From Hormiphora californensis (taxonomy: Eukaryota > Animalia > Ctenophora), in contig CM035354.1 in assembly GCA_020137815.1 (NCBI GenBank), positions 5,332,001-5,396,000 of the forward strand: 64,000 nucleotides of DNA, given 5' to 3'. Under the pieces are notes generated by a model. That model was not told the origin of the DNA and did not search any database. It saw only the letters and a list, made by a program, of their open reading frames with translations. This document shows, in pieces, positions 28,254 to 41,311 of the stretch. Every line of letters begins with the position of its first letter. Position 1 is the first letter of the stretch. A program made the position numbers and the translations under genes.

Positions 28254-31200
28254 ATGGTAAGGTGTTGCGTTGAGGTATGTCACGTGCTAGATGCCGCCCC
28301 TGACTCCGCAGTCCTGCTATGTGACCCAACAGATCACGTGGTAGCTGTGATACGTGATCCAGGACATGTTGACACCGCTATCAGTTGCCTTCCTGTAGGG
28401 ACTAAACAGGCAGGTACATAGCTTGTTTATTGTTTGGGGCCACAACACGTGAGAACCCCTCCCCGTCACAACTAGAACAAGATCCTCTTAGTCAGTCCTC
28501 CTCAGCCGTCTATTGATTGGCCAGAATGTTAACAATTCAATTCCCTCAGGTACGAAGGGGGAGTTGACAGTTGAGATAGTTGATACGATACCTGATTTGA
28601 CGACAATAAAGGCCTCGCTGGGGGTAATGGTGGATAGGAAGAGTAGACAGTGTACCAAGGACTCCATCAATAGGGCAAGGTACAGACATTCTTGGAACTT
28701 AGTTAAAGTTGTCGAGAATGCTTTCTCAAACCCTCTCTCCCTACTTTTTCTACATGCTTTTACCTTGTCCCAATATATTGTCATCTTTCTAACTCGTACC
28801 AAGGCAGGTGCTACAAGAGGCGGTATTGATCAACAACACAACTGACTCAGTGTATCCTTTGGATTACAAGATGCTACCTACAGGAAACTACACTCTCGCC
28901 GCTACTCTATCCAGTCAGGTGGGTCTGAATTCTCCTTGAATCTTATTTTTATTTGCCTCGAATACAAAATGCCTGGTTATTTCACCAAGAAACTAACTGT
29001 TTTTCTATTTCAGAAAAGCGAAGCACCCTTATTGATAGAAGGAGAAGATTTAGAGAACTCACAACTCCACCTCTCCCTTGCTCTCTTCCCTGGTGTATCC
29101 TCCCTCCAAACCCATCTTCAGGACCTCCTACCTTCACCTTCCTCTCTCCACCGTCTACCAGGAGTAGCTGTTCCTGTGGCATTCCCTGGGGGCGACTGTA
29201 GTGAGATCAGAGAGACATTCTTACTACCTTCTTCCTTCAAACTTGTACCTTACAGGTAGGGCATTTGACAGTCGAGTTCCATTAATTGTAGTGAATTCCT
29301 AACCCTCTACTTCTCCGCCGGACCTACTCCTAGCACCCTCCCCCCTCATCTATAACGGATTCTACTGACTTCACCCCCAGCAACTAATCCTCCCCATCCT
29401 ATTATCAGGACAGATAAGTCTGACAGTGATGGTAGGCTGATAACACCACACACTACAGTACCTGGAGTTAGAAGGAGTGATGTGTACACTGTATTTGGGG
29501 ACTATTGCTATCACCACTACATACAGGTACTTGGTTCTATTTGTTCGAGCCTCCCTAACCGCGGGTTATAACATAGTGATTTGTACTGTAAGGTTGGTTT
29601 TGAGAGTGGGGATTGAATTCCAGTTGCTAAAACCTCCCAATCTCGACACAGGACAAGTTTAATGATAATGGTTGGGGGTGTGCCTACCGATCCCTGCAGA
29701 CCCTTTGCTCTTGGTACCTGTATAACGGTTATGCTACTACTCCCGTACCCTCTCACTCACAAATACAGGTTTGTTAGAAAGAAAGATTTAAAATGGGCAA
29801 AGAAATATATTGCAAAGTAAAACTCAAATTTTCGGAAACTGTAAAAACGGAGTATAGAAAAATCAAAGCAATTGATGAAAAACATTTATGTTTCACTGCT
29901 GAGTAGACAGCAGGGGGTGAGACAGCCCCATATCTTCCAGCCCCCGTACAGGGCCAAGTCTGTGGCATCCATTCCAGCGATTTTAGCAATCTTTTTTAAC
30001 GGCATTACCAGCGATTAATACAAGCGAGCAAATTGGAATGAATAATCCTCCTCCACTTCTTTTTTATGCTCATTGCCCGAGTGACATAAAATAAAATGTT
30101 AAAATTAAATCACAGATTAAAATCCGGGATGCTCATTGCACGAGCAAATGCTGCTCTCCAAGCCAGCGTGGCCGGTCCAGGTTCACCCGGTGGTGGAAGG
30201 ACTATAACATGGTCCATATCCGGTCACCCCTCCTTGAGTGGTCCATAAAGTCTGACGGGGTGGCGGTACTCCCCCTCTGCCTCCTCCTGTTGTTCCTCCT
30301 CTACCCTTCCCTCTCCTTCCTGCTATCCTCCCCTTCCTGGGCCACCTCCTCTTCTGCTACCTGCCCTTTCTGGGCCACCTTCCCTTCCTGGGCTGCCTCA
30401 TCCTCGGCATAAGTGGGCCTCCTCCTAGTCCACCCCAAGTCCTTTGGGGTGGGACAACCCTATCTTCCAGCCTCCGAACAGCGCTAAGCCTGTAGCGTTA
30501 GGTGCTCCACGCTGTTATCTGGTGGTGTTGATTTCGGACTCGTATTCCTTCTCCATCCTGCTGAGATCATATGCTTTCTCTTTCAGCTGGGTGTTCAGAG
30601 ATGAAACAGTGAAGTTCAGCTCATCAACGGTCATCTGAAGACGTACGTTCTCCTCCCTGTCATCTACCAGTTGTCTGTTCAGATCACTGACCCTTTGGTT
30701 GGCCTCCTTCAGGCTGCTCTCCAAGACGCTATCGAACTTGGGGGCTGGAGTGGGAGTGATTGGATCAACAAGGTTCTGTAGATCAACATTTACATCTCTC
30801 TGGGAGGAGAGCCTGCTTTCAAGATCTGTCAGGGAGTCGGTTTTATCGTGAAGATTATCCCGAAGAATATCGATCTCGTTCAGAGCGTTGTCGAGTTGCT
30901 GTTGTTTCAGGTTCAGCTGCACCTGGAGAGGGGATGCCGTCTCACGTCCTGATCTTCATCTCCGCAACTCAGTTGGGAGACTAGAGCATGGTGATCTTCG
31001 GTGAGCCGTTCATTTTGCTCCTTATACCGAGTATTCTCCCTCTCCAAATCCTTGACTTGGGTCCTGAGGTGCTCCAGGTGACATTCACTCCCTCCCACAT
31101 TTCCCGTATTCTCACCTCCTCCATCCCTTCTTCTACCCTCGCGGACTACCGCTTATGATCCATCAACATTCCTTTCAATGCTCCTCTTCTTGCTCGGCTT

Positions 31201-34200
31201 CATCGGCATCGGATTGGCCCTGCACCTCGAACGCCAAATTCTCGGTTTCACCCCAACAATTTCCATTCCCAAAAGCGATCCGCCTTATGATCCAGCGGAC
31301 AGATTTGGATCTCAGTGACTTCACACCTCTGTGATGACGACAACCTGAAATTGAAAGATTCCTACCAGTACCCTTCTCAGGCCTCCTACTTCACCCCCTA
31401 CAGGGCATAAACCGGATGCTATCGTCCTGGCATTCCCTGGGGCACTGTAGTGAATCAAAGAGAATTTTACTAACTGGTTCACTTTCTCAACTTGTACCCT
31501 ACAGGTATTGGTTACATTTGATAGTTCCATGGTTTCAAGTGGCCATCAATGATGTCCTAACCTCCCCCCAATCTTCTCCCTATCCCCCGTCTACTCTAGC
31601 CCACCATAATCCCCCCTCTCACCTAGAATGTTCACTGATTGCCAACTATCCTACTCTCTCATATAGGTATTGGAGTGAAAATGTAAAAACCCCATTTTAA
31701 CAACACTTACGTACCTTGGAGTTTAAAATGGACCTGTTTTGGACTACTGCTTACACCACTACTGCTGCTATTTGGTTCTTTTGTTCGAAACTTTACCTGC
31801 TGTTTTTAAATGTGAATTTGTCCGTGAGGATTGTTAAGATGGGAATGAATTTCCAGTATGTAATCCTTCCTAAGGTTCTCGCACAGAAACCCTTATGATA
31901 ATGGTTGGGGATGTGCCTATCGATCCCTACAGACCCTTTGTTCTTGGTACCTGTATAACGGTTATGCTACTACTCCCGTACCCTCTCACTCACAAATACA
32001 GGTACGGTTTGTTAGAAAGAAAGATTTGAAATGGGCAAAGCCCGGGCAAAGTAAAACTCAGATTTTCGGAAACTGTAAAAACGGAGTATAGAAAAATCAA
32101 AGTAAGATGAAAAACAAATGTTTCACTGCTGAGTAGACAGGAGGGGGTGAGACAGCCCCATCTGCATCTGTTGCGGCCGTTCCAGCGATTATAGCAATCT
32201 TTTTAACGACATTACCAGCGATTAATACAAGCGAGCAAATTGGAATGAATAATCCTCCTCCACTTCATTTTTATGCTCATTGCCCGAGTGAAATAAAATA
32301 AAATGTTAAAATAAAATCACAGATTAAAATCCGGGATGCTCATTGCTCGAGCAAATGCTGCTCTCCAAGCCAGCGTGGCCGGCCCAGGTTCACCCGGTGG
32401 TGGAAGGACTATTACATGGTCCATATCCGGCCACCCTGTCTTGGGTGGTCCATAAAGTCTGACGGGGTGGCGGTACTTCCCTTCCTCGTCCACTCCCTCC
32501 TCCAAAATCTCTTCCTGTTCAACTTCTTCCTCCTCAACTCCTCCCTGATCCTCCTCAGATCCTGCCTCCCCCAAAACCTCCTCCTATTCAACCTCCTGTT
32601 CAACCTCCTGTTCAACCTCCTCTTTCGTCTCCTCTTCCTCGGCATATTCTGGACGCCTTCTTGTCCACCCCAAATCTTCAGGGGTGGGACAACCCCACAT
32701 CTTCCAGCCTCCGAACAGGGCTAAGTATGGGCCGGGCACTTAGATCTGTAATCCGTCCATTCAGCCCGCTGATCTCCTCGTCTCGAATCTTCAGTATCCT
32801 CTGTGCGACGGATAATTGCTCCTCCAGCCCTGCTACAAAGGAGTCACTAAAGTCAATGACATCCTTGACGCCTTCAACCTGACTCTGCTCGATCTGGCTG
32901 TACAGCTCGGCGACCTTCTCTCTATAGCTGCTTTCTTTCTCCTGCCGCATGTTAATGTCTTCGCGGAGACCAGCGATGAGGTCGTCCCTGGCCTGGAGAC
33001 AATCCCTCAGCCGCTCTATCTCCCTGGCGAGGTGCTCCACGCTGTTGTCAGGGGGTGTAGAGCAGGACATGACTCGGTCGTGGAGGAGTTCTGCTGTCGT
33101 TATGAGATCGTGCAGTTCCGGGTGGGTACGCGGGGTAGCAATATTCCCCCTCCTCTTCAACCTCCTTGTCTGCCTCCTCTTTTGCCTCTACCACATCCTC
33201 TACGTCCTGGGCCTCCTCCCCTTTCGCCTCTTCTTCCTCGGCATATTCTGGACGCCTTCTTGTCCAGCCCAAGTATTCTGGGGTGGGGTAGCCCCATAGC
33301 TTCAATGCCCCGTACAGGGCTAAGCCTGTAGCGGCCGTTCCAGCGACATTACTGTGAGATCACAGATTAAAATCCGGTATGCTCATTGCTCATAGCTCGA
33401 GCAAATGCGGCTCTCCAAGCCAGTGTTGCCGGCCCAGGCTCTCCTGGTGGTGGGAGTACGATGTGCTTCACCTCTGGCCACCCCTCCTTTGGTGGTCCGT
33501 AGATCCTGACCGGGTAGCGGTACTCCCCGGTATCCTCAGTTTCATCCTCTTCTACTCCTCCTGCCTCCTCCCCTATCTCCACTTCTTCTTTCTCGCCTTC
33601 CTCCTCTTCCACCTCGGCGTTTACAGGCCGCCTCCTGGTCCACCCAAATTCCTCAGGGGTGGGACAACCCCACATCTTCCAGCCTCCGAACAGGGCTAAG
33701 CCTGTAGCAGCTGTTCCAGCCATAATAGCGATTGTTTTCAGCGACTGTGAAATCACAGATTAAAATCAGGTATGCTCATTGCCCGAGCAAAGTCAGTATG
33801 CCACACCAATGGAAGACGAAACCAAAGAAAGAGAAATTAAATGGAAATAATGAGGGGTTCCAGAAAGCTAATACTTTGATCGACTCCTTCATAAAACCAT
33901 TTTTTCCGTTTCTCCAATTGGCCCAAAAATTATGCGATGAGAATCCCCTCCAATATGTACCAGGGCAACAGTACAATTCTGCACGTGCATATTCATTACA
34001 ATTTGCTCGCTAGTACACGCTTTGTATTCATCGCTAGTAATGTCACTCAAAACCATCGCTGTCATCGCTGGATCTGCCGCCGCAGGCATAGCCCTGTTTG
34101 GGGCATGGAAAATGTGGGGAAGCCCCACCCCGGAGGACCTGGGCTGGAGGAAGATGAGGCCCATCCATGCCGAGGAAGACGAGGCAAAAGAAGTTGATGC

Positions 34201-35513
34201 CCTTGAGGAGGAATCTTTGGAGGAGGCCGGAGACAGGGAGGAGAGAGTAGAGGACGTGGAAGAAGGGACGGTGGGGGAGGGAGGAATGGAAGTGGAGGGA
34301 AGAGTGGATGAGGAGGGAGCGGACGAGGAAGGGGAATACCGCTACCCGGTTAGGATCTATGAGTATGGGCCACCGAAGGAGGGGTGGCCGGATATGGACC
34401 ATGTAATAGTCCTGCCACCACCGGGTGAACCTGGACCAGCCACGCTGGCTTGGAGGGCAGCCTTCGCTCGGGCTATGAGCATTCCCGACTTTAAACTTTG
34501 ATTTTACTTTTATATTTTATGATTTTATTTAATTTTATTTTACCTGTACACCCTGAGTATCTGAGTTTTACTTTGCTATTGCCTATTTTCTAATCAACTG
34601 CCCAGTGCCCGATGCATATAAAAGCTCCATTATATATATCTCTTCATACACCAGCATAGTCTTGGCGGGTTGGTGTATCTATAGTACGGGTGCAGTGCCG
34701 GGTATAGTATACCCTGTACTGTATAGTATACCTGGTATACTGTTATACTCCCTGCACTGTATAGTAATTAGTATACCCGGTAGACTGTTATAATACTCCC
34801 TGGTTATAACCGTGTCATTCCCTCAGCAAATCCTAGTGGATCTGGGAGATAAAGGTGACAAGTTTGTGGGATCCAAACAATGGATTGGAAGTGTTGAGGT
34901 TGGGATGGTTCTACAGGAATGGCTCTCTAAAAATGGGACTACTGCCGAGCACAGGATTCAATTTGTTAGCTCAGGTAGGTGACACAATATTTCTGGTTCA
35001 CTTCACTTTCTAGTTGAAATTTTCATACTGTATTCGACCCCAGAATTAAAATGGGTCGAAGGGTTCTTCATTCCTATAATCTAGACCGTTTCAGGTGAGG
35101 ATATGGCGATGCAGGGTGGGTTACTCTCCCATCACTTCAGGACTCAGGGGACCCCAGTTATGATTGGTGGCGGTGTCCTGGCTCACACCATCTTGGGTGT
35201 TAGTTACGATACTGTAACAGGTACGTAATATCTTACAGCTCGTCTCCATTCCATATCCTCTCCTACACAGTAACCCCCTCGGCCCTCCCTAACTCCTCCC
35301 AATGCCCCTCCATAATACCCCCTCAATAATGCCCCCTCCTAATCCCTCCCCCCTCATTCAGGTGATACCAAGTTCCTGATTCTGGATCCCCATTACACTG
35401 GGAAGGAGGATATCGCAACTATTTTAAAGGAGGGATGGTGTGGATGGAAGACAGATAACTTCTGGGTGAAGACAGCCCATTACAACATGTGCATGCCTCA
35501 GAGACCATCTTAA
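28254..35513 (+). CDS. UFSP2: Ufm1-specific protease 2 (catalytic exons 29409-29526, 29652-29768, 34827-34973, 35095-35220, 35362-35513; N-terminal exons less certain)
   Basis: YCYHHYIQ|[81 protein letters not shown]. Confidence 0.92.
30110..30495 (-). pseudogene. Frameshifted copy of the nested small acidic membrane-anchored protein family
   Basis: [65 protein letters not shown] recoverable only across several frame breaks. Confidence 0.7.
30515..31098 (-). other. Coiled-coil ORF fragment(s), unknown origin
   Basis: Two overlapping ORFs (30913-31098, 30515-30922) with heptad-rich E/L/Q/R composition, embedded between copies of the nested family. Confidence 0.5.
31340..32001 (+). pseudogene. 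Duplicate of three UFSP2 exons (tandem duplication or haplotype artefact)
   Basis: Homologous to ~29100-29768 at an offset of ~2.23 kb. The 5' part is garbled; the [17 protein letters not shown] exon is clean. Confidence 0.7.
32317..32724 (-). pseudogene. Disrupted copy of the nested small-protein family
   Basis: Same motifs as 34040-34501, with an in-frame TAG in the acidic tract and a frameshift near the N-terminus. Confidence 0.7.
32725..33350 (-). other. Chimera: family N-terminus and acidic tract joined to a coiled-coil ORF
   Basis: [29 protein letters not shown], then [34 protein letters not shown] in the adjacent frame. Confidence 0.55.
33367..33756 (-). CDS. Nested small acidic membrane-anchored protein, unknown family
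   Basis: Open 129-codon frame; paralog of 34040-34501; last residues altered by a small duplication. Confidence 0.65.
   Translation of the reverse strand: MISQSLKTIAIMAGTAATGLALFGGWKMWGCPTPEEFGWTRRRPVNAEVEEEEGEKEEVEIGEEAGGVEEDETEDTGEYRYPVRIYGPPKEGWPEVKHIVLPPPGEPGPATLAWRAAFARAMSNEHTGF
34040..34501 (+). CDS. Nested small acidic membrane-anchored protein, unknown family, 153 aa
   Basis: Intact intronless ORF: hydrophobic [27 protein letters not shown], Glu-rich linker, and a C-terminal block conserved among paralogs. Confidence 0.75.
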   Translation: MSLKTIAVIAGSAAAGIALFGAWKMWGSPTPEDLGWRKMRPIHAEEDEAKEVDALEEESLEEAGDREERVEDVEEGTVGEGGMEVEGRVDEEGADEEGEYRYPVRIYEYGPPKEGWPDMDHVIVLPPPGEPGPATLAWRAAFARAMSIPDFKL

Positions 35514-35944
35514 AGAACAATGATCATTGGATTTGGAACATTTGTGAACCAGTTTGATACTGGGAGAGTTTGATTGACTTTGAGTTTTGAGATGTGTGGT
35601 CTTTGTCTAAGTTATTTTATCGATTTTGTCAATTCTTTTCAATTCATACTTCAATCATATCATTTAGAGCTAAAAGAAAGCCCCAAGCAACAATAGCGCC
35701 AGCGGTAGCTCTGATAATCAGTGATAACTGATAAGTGATAGATAGGAAACTGATAGATACTTCATCTTTGGAGGGTAGATGAAGATCTTGTCGGGCAGTT
35801 TCCTCTGAAAGGCCTATTGTTTCTTGGGGCTTTCCTTATTTTGCGGGTGTTACTAAGGATGGGGTATCATCTGAATTGAACGGATATCATGGAAACGGTA
35901 AGTAAATAGATAGAAGATCGGTAAAATTTGAAAAATTCGGCGTC

Positions 35945-36118
35945 CAAAAATGTTGCGCGCAAAATAAAAACGCGCGAGTGTTTAAATTTTGAGGCGCGCG
36001 CGTCCTGAATTTTTCAAAATAAAAATGTCGCGACCACGAAATTTAAAAAAACGTCTTAATTTTTACTTGAAAAGCGCTGCCTTATCCCGCGCTGCGGGGG
36101 CCAGCAACGTTTGCCAAA
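35945..36118 (+). promoter_or_regulatory. CpG/GCGC-rich putative promoter upstream of the V-ATPase a gene
   Basis: Same motif order as 7930-8136: GCGCGC clusters, AATTTAAAAAA, GCGCTGC, GGGGCCAGCAACGTTTGCCAAA. Confidence 0.45.
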
Positions 36119-36395
36119 ATTTTTACAAAACGACAAAAAAACAGCAATTCTGTTGGTGGATGTGACTAAAACGGTCCAGATAATCCCCTTAGAGATTTTG
36201 CTTTACCTTTTCGTTTGATCGAATCCTATCGTAAACCGGTTAAACGCTAAAACTGGAATTTCCGTACTTGTCTACTGACCATTTTGAAAAGTGCTGCCTT
36301 ATCCCATCTGTAGCATATTCCAACTGGCCATGCCTTTTATTATTAGGACAAGTGCTACATTTCAAAGCTCTCTTTTTAGGTAGTTACTGTTGAGC

Positions 36396-39300
36396 ATGGC
36401 GTCCCACCCGTCGGAGGGTAACAAGCTCCTCCGGTCAACGGAGATGGCCATGGTACAGATGTTCCTGAATCAGGAGTGTGCGTACGATTGTGTTAAAGAG
36501 CTAGGAGAATTAGGAGCGGTACAGTTTCTCGATGTAAGTTGTTGACACAGTTGACACGGTATTAGAAGCCAGAAGTGTATCAATGAAATATACTCTTTGG
36601 TGATCTTTGGCAGCTAAAACTCATTTCCTCAGCTACAAAAAGGAGTGAATGTATTTCAACGGAGCTTCGTGTCAGAGCTAAAACGAGGCGATGAACTTGA
36701 GAGAAAACTGCGCTATCTAGCATCTGAAATCAATCAGGAAGGCATCACTGTTCCTCTTGAATTTGATCTCCCTCAAGCTCCAAACAGTACCATCACAGAT
36801 CTTGATATCGACGTAAGAAAACGATTTACTTTACACTCTTCCCCTATAAAGAAGTACTAATATCATCTTTGAACCCCTAAATCTATCATTTCTTTATTCC
36901 AGTCCATGACGACCAGCCTTGAAACGGAGTTGAGAGAAGTCAACAAGAACTTGGCAGCACTCCGACACAGCTATATCGACTTGATGGAGCTGAAGTGTGT
37001 TCTACACGCTGCCGACCAGTTCTTTGCGAAGGGTTCTGCGTGGAGTACCCAGTCTGTGTATACAGCCGAGGAGGGAGAGTCGAACAGGCACCTAAACTTT
37101 GTTACTGGTGTCATTGAAAGGGCAAAAGTTCCACTTTTTGATAGAGGTAATTACTACGTATATATGAGGTATCCAATCGTGCACCTAATTAGTCCTACAT
37201 CAGCTTTAACCTACTTATTTTCTAGTGATGTGGAGATCGTGTAGGGGTAACGTCTTTGTGAAGATTGTAGAGATCCCAGACAACATGATGGACCCTGACA
37301 CTAACGAAGAAGTAGAGAAGAGCGTTTTTATCTGTTTCTATCAGGGAAACCAACTCGAGAAACGGGTCAAGAAGATTTGCGATGGGTGAGTGTTGATATT
37401 TTCTTTTGTACATTGATCTACACAAATGGGCAGGGAAGTTTTAATAACATGATCTTTCATTTAGGTTGGGAGCCCGAACCTACCCTTGCAACGAGAAAGC
37501 CTCCAAGCGGCACACGGTGCGAGATGAAGTGACTACGAGGCTAAGTGAGATGGAGGATATTATCTCCCAGACTGTGGAATATCGGCTTAGGCAACTCAAC
37601 GACATGTCCATAGAAATTAGAGGATGGATTGTCAAGGTACATAGGGAGTGATTGAACTATGTCTAGCGACTAGCATAAATTAGAGCGAATAGAAAGTATT
37701 TGAGACCAGCTCAACCACTTTCAAATCGCTCAATGAGACAAAGTCAAGATAGAGAGAAGAAGCAAATCTAATAAAAGATTCATCGTGTTTAGATCAAGAA
37801 GTGGAGAGCAATCTACTACACAATGAGCAAGTTTAGTGTGAATGAGGCTCATACTGGTTTTGTGGCAGAGGGCTGGGTCCGGGTCAATGATCTAGAGAGT
37901 GTCCGACAGGCCCTTGTGAAAGGAGCGGTAAGTAACTTCTATACTTCTATAACTAATAACTTCTATTTTTCCTGTGTTTCCCGTTTCCCCAAAAGTCGGT
38001 AAACTTCCAAATCTAAACCTCTTGTCTGAGAAATTCTAACTGATTCTCAGACGATAGCAGGGTGTGCGGTAATGCCTATAATGAACAGAGTTGGGACGGC
38101 TGTAACCCCTCCTACCCACCACTATACCAACAAACTGACACACGGGTATCAAGTTATCATTGATGCTTATGGAGTCGCTAGTTATCAGGAAATCAATCCA
38201 GGTACGAGCGGGGAATTAAAATCACTGATATAATCACTGAAATTACGCATGATTGATGCAATTCCAAAAAAACTGTTTTAAGTTCATTGTTTTACTACAT
38301 ATACCCATTTCTTGTTTCAGCTATTTTCACGGTTATCACATTTCCGTTCTTGTTCGGAATTATGTTTGGAGATATGGCACACGGATTGTTCTTCTTCCTC
38401 TTTGGTCTGTACATGGTATACAAGGAGAAACACCTGGAACCCAGGAAGCATATCATGGACGAGGTGAGGTTCTCCCAGTTCTTTAATATCGCTCAAACAC
38501 CGGTGCTCATGCTCGAACCTCTCATCCAGATCAAATCCTAATGGGGGGGGGGTCCCCTCTTTAACATCACCCTGTCTCTCTGCTACAGCTGGTTTTCTTA
38601 TTATGCCACTTATTTGCCCAATGCCCGCCCTAGCCATCATACTTTCTTCAATTCTACTACTCGAGTGGTTGAATTGAAGAAAGCATCGATCTACCCATAT
38701 CTTTCCTGAGTCCAGACATAATACACTGTTAACACAAATCTACCCAGATTGCACTAATGTTGTACTATGGTCGATACATTATTCTCATGATGGGAATAGG
38801 AGCTTCCTACGCGGGACTTCTCTACAACGAGATATACAGCAAGGGCCTTGATATATTTGGTACCAGTTGGCTCATGCCCAACGATACTGAGATGTAAGTT
38901 ATCAAAACTGCTTTCAATACTTCTCCAGTGGAGTGGACCTCCACCCTTTATTGATATTTATCCATTCTTTCTTCTACTCACCGAACTCCCCTCTTTCTAA
39001 ATGCAGATATACAAGTGACGATACTGTGACACTGGACCCCTCTACGGACTACACCCAGCCGTACTTCTACGGTATTGATCCCATGTGGATCATGGCGGAA
39101 AACATGCTGACATTCCTCAACTCATATAAAATGAAGATGGCGGTTATTCTCGGGCTGTGCCAGATGACATTCGGTCTCTTTGTCAGTCTTGTGAACTATA
39201 AGTGAGTGATAGTCAACAGGTTTGAGAAGGGTGTTATAGTTCCTAAATAATACAATATACCATCTCTCATCCTTGCCTTGTTCGACCCTCTCCATGCAAA

Positions 39301-41311
39301 TTTAAAGAGGGTCAGAACTTAACACCATCATACCTGTATAATAATCGATCAATCCCACTTCAGATATTATGGTAAAATTCTCGATATCTGGTTTACCTTT
39401 GTGCCCCAGTTAATATTCCTGTGGTGTATTATCGGTTACATGTGCTTCCTCATCTTCTACAAGTGGTTCTTTATTGACAGTGGAAAGGAGCAGCCCTCTC
39501 TCTTGATCGCTATGATTGACATGTTCCTCAGTTTCGGGGAAGATATTTCCGAGGACGACCTCATCTACGAGGGACAGGTAAGAGCTCCACCAGATATCTT
39601 GGGATGTGAAATTATCTTTTATAGTGTCTCTTTTGGTCTTGAGCTTGGAACCTGCCTCCCGTAAAAGTTGTAGAAATGGGGTACGAGTGATGTTTGAGAG
39701 ACAGTTCATGAATATACGAAACATATCGTCCTGTCTCTTTATCATGCACTGTTGCGACATTATTCAACCTGCACATACCACATCTCTCACTACCCTTCTC
39801 TCTCACTACCCTTCTCTCTCACTACCCTTTCTATCACACACACAGCTCAAGCTTACAACTGTATGTAGCTGAGATTGTGTAAGCGCGTGGGTGTCCTCAA
39901 CATTCACACAGTTACTGCATAGTGCATACACACGAACAAACCAACAAACAAAACAGGTCTATAAAATAAACAGGATATGAATAACTTGCTGATATCAATG
40001 AATCTGCAACAATAAATTACCCTTACTGACTTGCTCCCTCAACTTCAATCAATGAATCAACAATGTACTACCCTAATACCCTCCTCAATTTCAGAAATAC
40101 GTACAGATGGTGCTAGTGGTGGTTGCGTTATGTATGGTGCCCATCATGTTTGCTGCTAAACCGCTTATCGAGCAATACAACAAGAACAAGGATACGGCAG
40201 TAAGTCGAGAGAGCAGAAGAAATACAACACTGATCTTGGCTGACTGTATTATTTGTTAGCTTTGATACAACTTATATGAGTCATGAGGGGCTGGCCGCTA
40301 GGTCGAACTAAATTGATTGATGAGTCTCCTCACATTCTATTCACATCACCACTTCTCAGAGCTACGAGAGATTATCGTATGATAGCGATGACGAAGAACT
40401 GATAGAAAGAGAGAGGAATGAGGCCCAGGCTAGATTGGACATGTGGGTCAACCAGGCGATCCATACTATTGAGTTCTGTCTTGGCTGTATCTCCAATACT
40501 GCATCATATCTCCGACTTTGGGCTCTGTCCCTGGCTCATTCAGGTAACTCGTTATCCAAGGGGTTTGTAAAATATCACCCTATTATTATAATATGGCCTA
40601 GGCGCACCCTTACCCAATATGTCACTGAAGACTTTTCAGGTCACAGTTTTGAAGTCAAATCGTTGTAGCGCGCGCCGCACTTTTAATAGTAAGTTGTGAG
40701 TGTCAGCAATGTAAACTCATGGTTCCCGTCGCGCGCGCACTATTTGAAAACAAACTTTTATTTCAGAGTTTCATTTCTGTTGGACTCGGGTCTCGGGGCA
40801 TTTTCTGTGATCTAAACTTGATCTTATTCCAAATTCTTTCAGAGTTGTCAGCCGTGCTGTGGGACATGACACTCTACTACGGATTCACCACCCTCCCCTG
40901 GGACGAGGGTGGTTTTATCCTCCTCTTTCTCATTTGGGCGTTCTGGGCTGTCCTCACAGTTGTCATTCTCCTGTGTATGGAGGGTCTCTCTGCATTCCTT
41001 CACGCTCTCCGTCTCCATTGGTACGTGCAATTTGAATTTTCTAGATCTTTAGCTTCCTAAAAACTTGTAGGTGTATTCTTGACCTATCAGCCCCCTATCA
41101 GTCGAACACATATACCAGCAAATCAAGCCCGTCCATATCAGTACCAGTTTCTTATATTTATAGTGGTTACATAATCTTAACATTGACCTCTGTCTTTAGG
41201 GTTGAGTTCCAGAACAAGTTCTATGGCGGGGAAGGATACAAATTCCTGCCCTTCTGTTTCCGACTGATCCTGGAAAATGAGGAAAACCTAGAGGAGATAT
41301 CTAATATGTAG
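36396..41311 (+). CDS. ATP6V0A1: V-type proton ATPase V0 subunit a (multi-exon)
   Basis: [95 protein letters not shown] (essential Arg present), [23 protein letters not shown]. Paralog identity is uncertain. Confidence 0.95.
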
